DNA of 64,000 bases. Origin: the human T2T-CHM13v2.0 reference genome, Homo sapiens. The notes under the pieces were generated by a model. The model did no database searches. It worked only from the letters and a program-made list of their open reading frames with translations, and was not told the origin of the DNA. Shown here in pieces: positions 11,631 to 32,339 of this stretch. Where the stretch lies: assembly GCF_009914755.1 (NCBI RefSeq), contig NC_060932.1; one strand, given 5' to 3'. The translations under genes and the position numbers were made by a program. Position 1 is the first letter of the stretch. Each line of letters starts with the position of its first letter.

Positions 11631-12044
11631 GATTCCAGGTCTCTGTAGGACCTTTCAGGACTTCCTAGTGTGTTCTCTGTAGAATTGCTCTGATTACATC
11701 AACTTAATTACATTACTTTAGACACAGCTCTGTAAAGGAAAACCTGGCTTCTTGACTGGCTGATTGGGTTTTTTCTTCATACAGCTTCACTACAAGTCAC
11801 CTGCACAGTGACTAAAAACAGCCTTTCAGAGAGTCACACCATCTAATTCACTCAGTAATGTAGAAATTGTGTCCAAGAAGTCAGTCAACTTTTTTTTACT
11901 TTTATAACCTCATTTGCATAAAACACGAGAGCATTTTACAGTGATCTTGTTTCTGATATGCCTTTGTTGTACAACAATAATTCTGATAGAGGTTTTCATG
12001 GTTTGTTGGTTTTCAAAAATTATTTTTATTATTGTTTACACAGC

Positions 12045-15773
<3,729 letters not shown>

Positions 15774-17234
15774 ATGACTCATCATCATTTTAGAAAATCA
15801 CATTATTGTTCAGCTTAGAGGGTCCAAATCACATTGACAATCTGAGTTGTAGGAACTGGCTTGTCCATCCCTTTGATCAGGCACACCAGAATCTGGAAGA
15901 CTTTATAAGTGCCATGCTGTGCACTTGGCACTCAAAGTTAGTCTAGGCCAAGGAGAAAACAGAAATAGGTCTGCTGGCTGCTATATTAGTGACAGAAGAC
16001 CAGCCTTTCACTGGAAAATGGATGTGCAAAATCAAAGTCTTTAACTGGAGAACATAGGGAGTAAAACACACTTCCAAAGTCACCTTCTAGAGGGTGGCCA
16101 GATCCAGAGGCCTGACAGCAGGATTCTAGACTATTGGGTGAAAGACAAGCTTCAAAACTGGCTGCTGACTGATGGCATTGAATGATCAGTATTCACCTTT
16201 TTAATCTTGCATGCTTTGTATTTTTCATGACTTTTAGAAAAAAGTAAAAATTATCATGAGTGCTCACCACCCCATAGAAACTCTTTCCAGTATTTCTACC
16301 ACTGTTCTCTATAGGGAATAAATAATCAGGATAAAAAACTCTAAGCTAAGCTACTAAAACTGCTCTGGCTTCTTTGAGTCGGTATGTAGACCACTTGGGG
16401 TTCCTAACATGTTGCGTTTTCTACTCCACTTTTTGTTTATCTTTGCAATTAGACATTAATCAAAAAAATATGGGGCAGAGACACAGAAAAATAAAAGAAG
16501 AAAGCCAAGTTTTTGAGTATCAAAAGTAGTTTGAATGAAAAGTAGTTTTGTTTTATTTTATAATTTTACTTGCACAATTAATTTTTATTTTTCAGGGTTG
16601 AGCTTTTCAAAGAGGTGAACGTGAATGTATTTATATTCCACATATCTGAAAATCACACACACAAAGACTCTTGGAAAAGCCGACCACTTTCTTCTGGCAA
16701 TGACACAGTGTCCCAGAAAGGATCCAGGTGGAAGTGGGGCCCATGAGGATGTCAATGGGCAGCCCTCCAATCTCAATGTCACAGGGTTCCAGTGGAGATG
16801 AAAAAGGCTCCTGACTCATTGAGGATCTGACATCAAATTGGATTACTATAAGGCAATCCTATTTAAAAGAAAACCCAATTTGTATATAGCTTTTCTCACA
16901 GGTTCTAGCCTCTCATTTGTTTAGAAAATGCAAAATCAAATTAGAAGATTCTGCCTTGTATCTTATTATTTGAATCAACATTGATAATTGCTTTATTTTC
17001 TTAAAGGAAATGATGGTAGGTTTGTTTATAGAAGAGAATAGATTGGAGGTCTCTAAGGGTCCTTCACAGGGCCCTGGGGAGACCACAAGAAAGAATTACA
17101 CTGGTGGCCATGCAGGATCATGGTCATTTAAGAACATCTCAGTAGGAAGGGGGTGTAGCACGGAGAGTAATGAAGAATCTGGAAATGTGAAGTGGCTGTA
17201 CTTTAGGTAGGGGTGAAATAGACTTGAATTAGGT

Positions 17235-17560
17235 AAACATTCATTTAGTACTTTGTTTAAACAAATATTTATAGACCACATTTTCACTGCTTGGAACTGT
17301 GCCAGAAGTTGGTATTGTAACTTGTATGACACCATTCCTATCCTTGTCCATTTTACAGTCTAATGGGACGGGGTTGAGGCAACAATAAGCAAACAATCAT
17401 TGCACTGGAGGGTGGTAAGTGTTCAGACAAAATTAGGTTCAAAGCATAAGGGGGCACAAGAACTGGAATATTCAAAAAAGAAGAAAACATAGTGATTGAT
17501 GTTGGTAGTATTTGAGGTGGGGCAATCTCAGATAAGGATTGTGAAAAATTTATCACGGGA
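17235..17560 (-). mobile_element. L2 3' fragment, degraded
   Basis: cattcattt...aacaaatatttatagaccac...actgtgccag, typical of the L2 3' terminus read in reverse. Confidence 0.4.
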
Positions 17561-17734
17561 TTCTTTCTTTGTTGTTTTTTTTTCATCAAGGGACAATTTC
17601 CCTTCTTTCTGTGCTTTTCCCCGTAGAGATGTTTAGACTCTGCTGCTTGGATCCAACCCATAGGAAAGCAATCTTAAAAACTCATAAGGTTTGATGCTTC
17701 AGTGTCTTACTGTTCTCATAAGTATTTGCTTCAT

Positions 17735-18073
17735 ATACTTCAACCAAAACAACATATTGCAGCAGATAGAATGCAGAGTAATAAGCCAGGTGTTAAAGGG
17801 ATTTGCACAAATGTGAAACTATGCTACTCTTCCCACTGTTTTGTTTTATTTTGGAGAACAGATTTTTAAAAATATATGATTTATGTTCTCATGCAGTGGA
17901 TTTATAATTGTTATTTTTAAACAAATTAACAAATGTCTTCAGAAGCCTCAGTTTCTTTTTCTAATGTGGTAAATATAGGTAAATGTAACCCACATAAGCA
18001 AAATCTCTTAGGAATCTTCAATATTTTTTAATAGTGTAAAGAGGTCTTGAGACAAAAAGTTTGAGAACCACTG
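17735..18073 (+). mobile_element. hAT DNA transposon end (Charlie1-like)
   Basis: cttcaaccaaaacaacatattgca...gtgtaaagaggtcttgagacaaaaagtttgagaaccactg terminal sequence. Confidence 0.75.
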
Positions 18074-18087
18074 TTTTTAAAACAGCA

Positions 18088-18262
18088 GGATTTGAATTTT
18101 TTCTAACCATCTAATAGGAATGTGGCCTTGGGCCAATTATTTAACATCCCAGAATCTCAGTTTGCTCATCTGTAACTTGGGCTTTTGAACATAGCTATCT
18201 CACAGCCTCGTTGTGAAGATTAAAAGCAATATCTTTGTAAATTATGCAGATAATGTTTAGTA
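18088..18262 (+). mobile_element. MIR SINE
   Basis: tgtggccttgggccaattatttaacatc...ctcagtttgctcatctgtaa...gttgtgaagattaaa core. Confidence 0.75.
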
Positions 18263-18786
18263 TATATTATCTTCAGGAAGAATCCATACCTGGGAAGCAT
18301 GAGCCTTCTGGTCACAAGTTTCTTCTGTGAAAAGTGTCATTCTCCACAGTTTTGTCATATCCTCATGGAGAAATCCTTAGAACAATCCCATTCATTTTGA
18401 TCTCTGTGCTGGCTCATTTAGCTACTTTCAGATTATGATTTCAGTCTCCCAGCTATTCAAGGGAAGAAGGTTTCTTGGACAGTGGAGAAGAGCAAATATA
18501 TATAACAGTTGTAAATTAATAGCAGTAGTTCTTATTTCTACATCAATCTTTTATGAATTTATGTGCCTTAAAATAAAACCTGCAACTGAGCTGTACTCTC
18601 TGGCAGAGCCTGTGCTAAACCTATGGACATAAGCCCCAGAGTCCCAAAGCATTTTAATAGTGATCAAATTGAGTCTAGGAGCTGGAAATTTAGGCAAAAA
18701 AGTAGCAACAAAAAATATGGTGTGCTTCCAGCACATCCAAAGTACTGCTACCACATGAAAAAGGCCCCTTCCCTCCCTCTAGGGTG

Positions 18787-18843
18787 TTTTTAACTATTAC
18801 TTTTAATGCCAAAAACCACAACTAGTTTTGCAGCAGCCTAATA
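18787..18843. mobile_element. MADE1 (Hsmar1 mariner MITE) partial
   Basis: attacttttaatgccaaaaaccacaactagttttgcagcagcctaata resembles one TIR half of MADE1 followed by TA. Confidence 0.6.
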
Positions 18844-19559
18844 CTTCTCTCTACCTATTACTTGTGAGTATGTTGGACACTTCTAGAAACATCCTACTAT
18901 AAACACATGCTATTGCTATTAATGTTTCAAAAATTCTTTTTATTCAGTTAACTTTCTCTTGTAAAGTAGAATTATACCCATAAATTTTAAAATTTTAAAG
19001 TATACTACATTATTTGCAACAGATGTTATGCATACATAGTACTTTCTAGAAAAGTATTACTGCCAGTTGAAAAATATTTATTCCTCAAAACAACAAATTA
19101 GAAATCATGGACTATCAAACCACCACCTCATACCTTCTTTTTATGATAGTTAAGAAATTAGGATTTTATGAAGCATCAACTTTTCCATCCTGTGCTGGAG
19201 TTACTGTCCTTTGGGGACTAAATTTATGTGGAAAAAGCAAGCCAAGAATTTTGCCTTAGGATTTTTAATGTAATCACCAAGGCTGTTCTATTTTTCCCAA
19301 ATAGTGCTCAATGTAGCAACATAACCCTTTAGTATCAAATAAAGGGAGAGAATTAGTCCAATAAAAATTTTAGAATGATTCCTTGAGTGAGTATATTCAA
19401 GAGTTGAATAATTTACTTTAAAAACTCCAGGAAATTTTCTTCTTTTATATAAACCATTGACGTTCCAAGCTTGCCTGCAATGTATTCCTCACATTTCTAT
19501 CCCATATGGAAACACTAGAAATTGAATCATTTATACCTATCCTCTAAAAAATAATTTTT

Positions 19560-21049
<1,490 letters not shown>

Positions 21050-21050
<1 letters not shown>

Positions 21051-22492
21051 TTTAAAATTTTATTTTAAGTTCAGAAGTACATGTGCAGATTTGTTAAAAC
21101 TCATGCCACCCAGGTATTAAGTCTAGTACCCATTAGTTATTTTTCCTGATCCTCTCCCACCTCCCACCCTCCACCTTCCAGTAGGCCTCCATCACTCTTG
21201 TGCCCCTCTATGTGTCCATATGTTCTCATCATTTCGTTCAGCCTTATAAGTGTGAATATGTGGTATTTGGTTTTCTGTTCCTGCATTAGTTTGCTAAGGA
21301 CAGTGGGCTCCAGCTTCATCCATGTTGCTGCAAAGGGCATCATCTTTTTCTTTTTATGGCTGCATAGTATTCCATGGTGTATATGTATCACATTTTCTTT
21401 ATTGAGCCTATCATTGATTGGCATTTAGGTTAATTTTATGTCTTTGCTAATGTGAATAGTGCTGCTATGAACATACACATGCATGTGTCTTTATGGTAGA
21501 ATAATTTCTATGTCTTTGGGTCTATACCCAGAAATGGGATTGCTGGGTCAAATGGTAGTTCTATTTTTATGTCTTTGAGACATCACAAAACTGTTTTACA
21601 CAATGGTTGAACTAATTTACAGTCCCACCAACAGTGTATAAGCATTCCTTTTTCTCTGCAACCTCACCAGCATCTGTTATTTTTTGACTTTTTAATAGTA
21701 GCCATTCTGACTAGTGTGAGATGGTATCTCATTGTGGTTTTGATTTGCATTTCTCTAATGATCAATGATGTTGAGCTTTTTTTTTTCATACACTTGTTGG
21801 CTACATGTATGTCTTCTTTTGAAAAGTGTCTGTTTTTGCCCACTTTTTAATGGGGTTGTTTGTTTTTTTCTTGTAAATGTGTTTAAGTTCCTTATAGATG
21901 TTCAATGTTAGACCTTTGTCAATGCATAGTTTGCAAAAATGTTCTTCCATTCTGTAGGTTGTCTGTTTACTGTGTTAATAGTTTCCTTTGCTGTGCAGAA
22001 GCTCTTTAGTTTAATTAGACCCCATTTGTCAATTTGTGCTTTTGTTACAATTGCTTTTGGCATCTTTGTCATGAAATCTTTGCCTGTTCCTATGTCTAGA
22101 ATGATATTGCCTAGGTTGTCTTCCAGGGTTTTCATAGTTTTGGGTTTTACATTTAAGTATTTTATCCATCTTTAGTTGATTTTTGTATGTGGTGTAAGAA
22201 AGTGGTCCAGTTTAAATCTTCTGCATATGGCTAGCTAGTTATCCCAGGACCATTTATTGAATATGGTGTTGACTTTGTCAAAGATCAGATAACTGTGGGT
22301 GTGCAACCTTATTTCTGGGCTCTCTATTCTGCTCCATTGGTCTATGTGCCTGTTTTTGTACCAGCATTGTTTTGGTTATTGTAGCCTTGCAGTATAGTTT
22401 GACGTCAAGTAGTGTGATGCCTCTAGCTTTATTCTTTTTGCTTAGGCTTGCCTTGGCTATTTGGGCTCTTTTTTGGTTCCAGATGAATTTTA
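21050..22492 (-). mobile_element. L1 3' part (L1PA13-16-like); continues at 25972-26043 after a nested insertion
   Basis: 3'UTR and ORF2 C-terminal peptides (ORF 21908..22135 [23 protein letters not shown]). Confidence 0.88.
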
Positions 22493-25971
<3,479 letters not shown>

Positions 25972-26103
25972 CCATATGAATTTTAAAATATTTTTTCTAG
26001 TTGTGTGAAGAGTGTCATTTGTAGTTTGATAGGAATAGCATTATGAGAATTTAGTAAAGAGATTTTTTAAAAAGGGACAGGGAGCTTATTGGAAGAAAGA
26101 ATA

Positions 26104-26535
<432 letters not shown>

Positions 26536-28350
26536 TCAAGAAGCTCAAAGGACTGCAACTAGGATGAACCCAAAGAGGACCACACTGAGACACATTATAA
26601 ATAGACTATTAAAAATCAAAGACAAAGAGAAAATCTTGACAGTAGTAAAAGAAAAGCAACTTGTCATGTGCAACAGAGCTACCATAAGATAATTAGCAGA
26701 TTTCTTAGCAGAAACCTTACAGGCCAGAAGAGAATGAGATCACATATTGAAAATCCTAAAAGAAAAAACCTTGCCAACCAAAAATATATATCTGACAAAA
26801 CTGACAAAACTGTTCTTCAAAATGAAGGTGAAATAAAGATTTTGTCAGACACACAAAAGCTTAAGGAGTTCATCACCACTAGACGTGCATTACAAGAAAT
26901 GCTAAAAGGTGTCCTGCAAGTCGAAACCAAAGAACAATAGACAGCAACCTGAAGGCATAAGAAAATAGAAAGCTTGCTGTAAAGGTAAATATTTAGGTAA
27001 AAACAATGCTGTAATACTGTAATAATGGTGTGCAAAGCATTTTTAATTCTAGGATAGAATTTAAAAGACAAAATCATAAAAAATAACTATATCCAATTAC
27101 ACTAAGGAATTCACAATTTATAAAGATGTAATTTGGGACATCAAAAAGATAAAGGAGGGCTGGGGAAATGTACACAAATAGGGTTTTCATAAATGATTAC
27201 AGTTAAGTTGTTACCAGCTTAAAATCAATCACTATGTTTTATGTAAGCCCCATAGCAACCACAAAAATATACCTATAGAAGGTACACAAAAGAAAAATAG
27301 AAATAAATCAAAGCATGCCAATCCAAAAAAAAATTTAATGAAACACAGAATAAATCTGCAAGAGAGGAAAAGAGGGATGGAATACTTATGAGACAAAGTT
27401 AAAAGAATTAACAAAACGGTAATAGTAAATCTCTTCCTAACAGTAGATATTTTAAATCTAACTGGATTGAACTCCCCAGTCAAAAGACAGAATGGCTGAA
27501 TGGATTTTTAAAAACAAAGATGCAACTATATGCTGTCTACAACATAAAAACAAAGATGCAACTATATGCTTACCTTGGAGGTGGACAACACATAAAGGCT
27601 GAAAGTGAAAGGATGGAAGAAGATGTTTCACATAAGTGGTAACCAAAAGAGAGCAAAGGTGCTCATTCTTATATTAGACAAAATAGACTTTAATTTATAA
27701 ACTGTCACAAGAGACAAAGAAGGACTTTATATAATAATGAAAGAGTCAATTTATCAGAAAGATATAATAGTTGCAAATGCATATGCACCTAACATCAGAG
27801 CACTGAAATACATAAATCAAATATTGATTAATTAAAGGAAAAAATAAATAGTAACACAAAAATAGTAGAAGGTTTCAGTAACCTACTTTCAATAAGGAAT
27901 AGAACAAACAAACAGAAGATTAATAAGGAATTAAGGGACTTGAATGAATAATATAGATGAATTAAACCTAACAAACTTCTACAGAACCTTCTAGCCAAAA
28001 GTAATATTACACACATTCTTCTCAAGCATACATGAAACATTATTCAGAATAGATCATGTGTTAGGCCACAAAACAAGTCTTAACAAAGTTAAGAAGACTG
28101 AAATCATACCAAATGTCTCTTCCAACCACAGGGGAATAAAACTAGAAATCCCTAGCATTAGAAAAACTGGAAAACTCACAAATATGTGGAAATTTAACAG
28201 CACACTCTTGAACAACCAATGGGTCAAAGAAGAAATCCCAAGAGATATTAGAACATATCTTGAGACAAATGAAAACAGCAATATAGCACAACTTACAGGA
28301 TATAACCAAAGCAGTACTAAGAAGAAAGTTTATAGTGATAAATGTCCACC

Positions 28351-28444
28351 AAAAAAAAAGAGAAGAAGGAGGAGGAGGAGGAGGAGGAAGAAGAAGAAGA
28401 AGAGGAGGAGGAGGAGGAAGAGGAAGAAGAAGAAGGAGAAAGAG

Positions 28445-28476
<32 letters not shown>
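28351..28476 (+). repeat. (GAG/GAA)n polypurine trinucleotide microsatellite inside L1 ORF2
   Basis: Directly visible; it produces the spurious poly-E and poly-R/K ORFs. Confidence 0.95.
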
Positions 28477-28666
28477 TCTCAAATCAACAAGGTATGTTTA
28501 TACTTTAATGAACTGGAAAAATAAAAAAAGGTTAAAACTAAACAGAAGAAAGAAAAATATAAGATTAAAGCATAAATACACACAATAGAGAAAAAAGGGG
28601 AGAAATGACTACCGATGACACAGAAGTAAAAAGGATTATAAGAGACAACTCTGAATAATTATACAT

Positions 28667-29033
28667 TGTTATGCACTGAATGTATCCCCTCAAATTATAT
28701 GATGACATACTTACCCCCAACGTGATAGTATTAGAAGGTGGGGGCTTTGGAAGGTAGTCAGGTCATAAGGATTGAGCCCTCATAAATTAGTGCCCTTATG
28801 AAAGTGATGCTACTTTCATAATAATGAAAGAGAGCTTTGTTTCTCTATTATGTGAGCATACAATGAGAAATTGGCAGTCTATGACCCAGAAGAGGGTCCT
28901 CACCAGAACCTGATCATGCTGACACCATGATTTCAGACTTACAGCCTCCATAACTATGAGAAATACATTTCTGTTGTCAATAAGCCATTAATTCTATAAT
29001 ATTTTGTTATAGCAGCCTGAAATAACTAAGTCA
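28667..29033 (+). mobile_element. MaLR solo LTR (MLT1A/MLT1A0-like) inserted in L1
   Basis: TGTTATGCACTGAATG...ttgttatagcagcctgaaataactaagTCA; L1 ORF2 resumes directly afterwards. Confidence 0.85.
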
Positions 29034-31530
29034 TCCACCAAAAACTTGGATAACCTAAAGGAAATGGACAAATTCCCAGAAACATAAAACCTATAAAGAT
29101 TAAATTATGAAGAAACAGAAAAATTTGAATAGCCCTATAAATAGTAAGGAGATTGAATTGGTAATCAAAACTTTCCAGCAAAGAAAAGAAAAGTCGAGGA
29201 CCAGATGGCGTCAATGAAGAATTCTACAGAAAATGTGCAGAAGAATTAATGTCAATCTTTCTCAAATTCTTCTAAAAAATTGAAGAGAAGGAGACACTCC
29301 CAAACTTCTCTTATAAGGCAAGCATTATCCTGATAACAAAGCTAGACAAAGATACCACAAGAAAACTACAGACCAATATCCCTGGTGGATATTGATGGGA
29401 AAAAAATCCTCAACAAAATACCAGCAAAACAAATTTAACAGCATATTAAAAAGACTAAACAGCATGACCAAATGGGAGTGCACCAAATGTGGTGCAAGGA
29501 CGGTTCAATATACAAAAACTAATAAATGTAATATACAACATTAATAGAATGAAAGACAAAAATCACATGATCATGTCAACTGGAGCTAAAAAAAACATTT
29601 GGCAAAATTCAAAAACCTTCCACGATAAAAACACTCAACTTACTAGGAATACAAGGAAATTACCTTAACGTAATAAAGGTCATGTATGAAAAGCCCACAG
29701 TTAATATCATACATATATAACATTAATAGAGTGGTGAAAAACTGAACATTTTTCCTCTAAAATCAGAAACAAGACAAAAATTCCCACACTTACCACTTCT
29801 ATTCAACATAGTACTATGAGTTCTAGCCAGAGCAAATAGGCAAAAAATGAAATAAAATGAAAGTCATCCAAATGGGAAAGGAAGAAGTAAAATTATCTTT
29901 GTTTCCAGATGACATAATCTTATATGCAGAAAAGCCAAAAGATTACAAATGTTAAAACAAACAAATTCAGCAAAGTTGCAGAATACAAAATCAACACTCA
30001 AAAATTAGTTATGTTTCTATAACCTAACAAAAAACAACCAAAAAAGAAAATCAAGAAAATAGGCCATTTATAGTAGAATAAAAATACTTAGGAATTAATC
30101 TATCCAAAAAAGCAGAAGACTTCACTAAAAATTACAAAACATTGCTGAAAGAAACTAAATAAGGCACAAATAAATGGAAAGACATCCCATTTTCATAAAT
30201 TGGAAGACTTAATATTGTTAAAATATTCCAGTAGCATTTTTTACAGAAGTAGAAAAAATTCCTAAAATTCATATGGAATCTCAATAAACTATGAATCACC
30301 AAAACAATCTTGAAAAAGAAGAACAAAGCTGGTGGCCTTAGACTTCCTGATTTCAAAATATATTACAAAACAATGGTAATCAAAATAGCATGGTACTGGC
30401 ACAAAGACAGACATATAAACCAATAGAACAGAATAGAGAGCCCAGAAATAAACTCTTGTGTATATGGTTAAGTGATCTTCATCAAGAGTGTGAAGAGTAC
30501 ACAGTGGAGAAAAGATACTGTCTTCAACAAAAAACATTGAGACAACTGGATATCCATTTGCAAAAGAAAGATAATGGGCCCTTCTCTTACACCATATATA
30601 CAATTAACTCAAAATGAATTAAAGACCTAAATGTACTACCTGAAACTATAAAACTCCTATAAGAAAATGCAAAAATGTTCATGACATTGGAATGGGCAAT
30701 GCTTTCTTGACTATAACCTCCAAAGCACAAACAAGAAAAGCAATAGACAAATAGGACTACCTCTAACTGTAAGCCTTCTGTACATTAAAGGAAAAAACAG
30801 AATGCAAAGGCAGTCTACATAAAGGGAGAAAATATTTGCAAGCCACATATCATATAAGGGGTGAATACCCAGAATTTAAAAAAAGGTCCTACAAGTCAAC
30901 AACAATAACAAAGCCTTAAAAAATATGCAAAGAGGTTGAATAGCCATTTCTGCAAAGAAGATGCATCAGTGACCAACAAGCTTATGAACAAACGCTCTAT
31001 ATCACTAATCATTAGAGAAATGCAAATCAAATCAACAATAACCCATCACCTCACATCCACTGGAATAACCACTATAAAAACAAACAAACAGAAGGTTTGT
31101 GTGTGGTAAGGGTATGGGAAAATTGAAACACTTGCACTCTGTTGGTGGGATTATAAAATGGTGCAGATACTATTGGAAACCATATGGAGGTTTCTGAAAA
31201 AGTTCAAAATAAGACTACCATATGATCCAGCAATCCCACTTCTGGGTATGTTATACTCAAAAGAATTAAAAACAGGATCTTGAAGTGATATGTGCATCTT
31301 CATCTTCATTGCAGCATTATTCCCAATAGCCAAGATGTAGAAGCAGCCTACATGTGCATGCATACACGAACGGATAAAGAAAATGTGGCATATGCACACA
31401 ATGGTATATCATTCAGCCTTAAACAGGAAGGACATCCTGACACACGCTGCAGCCTGGATGAAACTTGAGAACGTGACGCTAAGTGAAATAAATCAATCAC
31501 AAAAACACAAATATTTCATTATTTCACTTA

Positions 31531-31806
<276 letters not shown>

Positions 31807-31869
31807 TTAGGAGGGTAAATTTATGCTGTGTGTTTTTACCACAATAAAATATATATTAATATAATTGTT

Positions 31870-32290
31870 CTGGAAAGGCTATGTACTATATTATTCCAAC
31901 TATATAGGACTCTGGAAAAGGCAAAGCTATGGAGACAATAAAAAGATCTGTGATTCCCAGGAGATTGCAGGGGAGGGAGGGATAAATAGAGAATTTTTAG
32001 GGCAGTGAATCTACTCTATATGATACTATAATAATGGCTACACTTGCCAAAACCATAGAACTTACAACACCAAGAGAAAACCCTAATGTAAACTCTAAGC
32101 TTTGGGTGATAATGATGTGGCAATGTGGTTTCACCAATTGCAGCTAATGTACCACTTTGGTGCAGGTTGTTGACAGTGGAGGAGGCTGTGTATTTGTGGG
32201 GTAAGAAGGATAGAGGAAATCTCTGTAGCTTCTACCTCATTTTGCTGTGAACCTAAAAATATTCTAAAAAAAAGTCTATTTAAAATGTAA
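31870..32290 (+). mobile_element. L1MC1/2-like 3' end
   Basis: ctggaaaaggcaaagctatggagaca...aaccctaatgtaaac...ttttgctgtgaacctaaaa. Confidence 0.8.
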
Positions 32291-32339
32291 AAACAATAGC
32301 AAAATTTAGCCAGAATTAAGTCTGTTTTCCTGAAGCCCC

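Noticed and set aside
16585-16830. GC-richer patch with a + strand acceptor (ttttattttttcag) and two short - strand ORFs
   Set aside because: No convincing paired donor and no recognisable protein motif; cannot be supported without transcript data.
28058-28588. 176-aa ORF with poly-Arg/Lys/Glu
   Set aside because: L1 endonuclease fragment read into a (GAG/GAA)n microsatellite.
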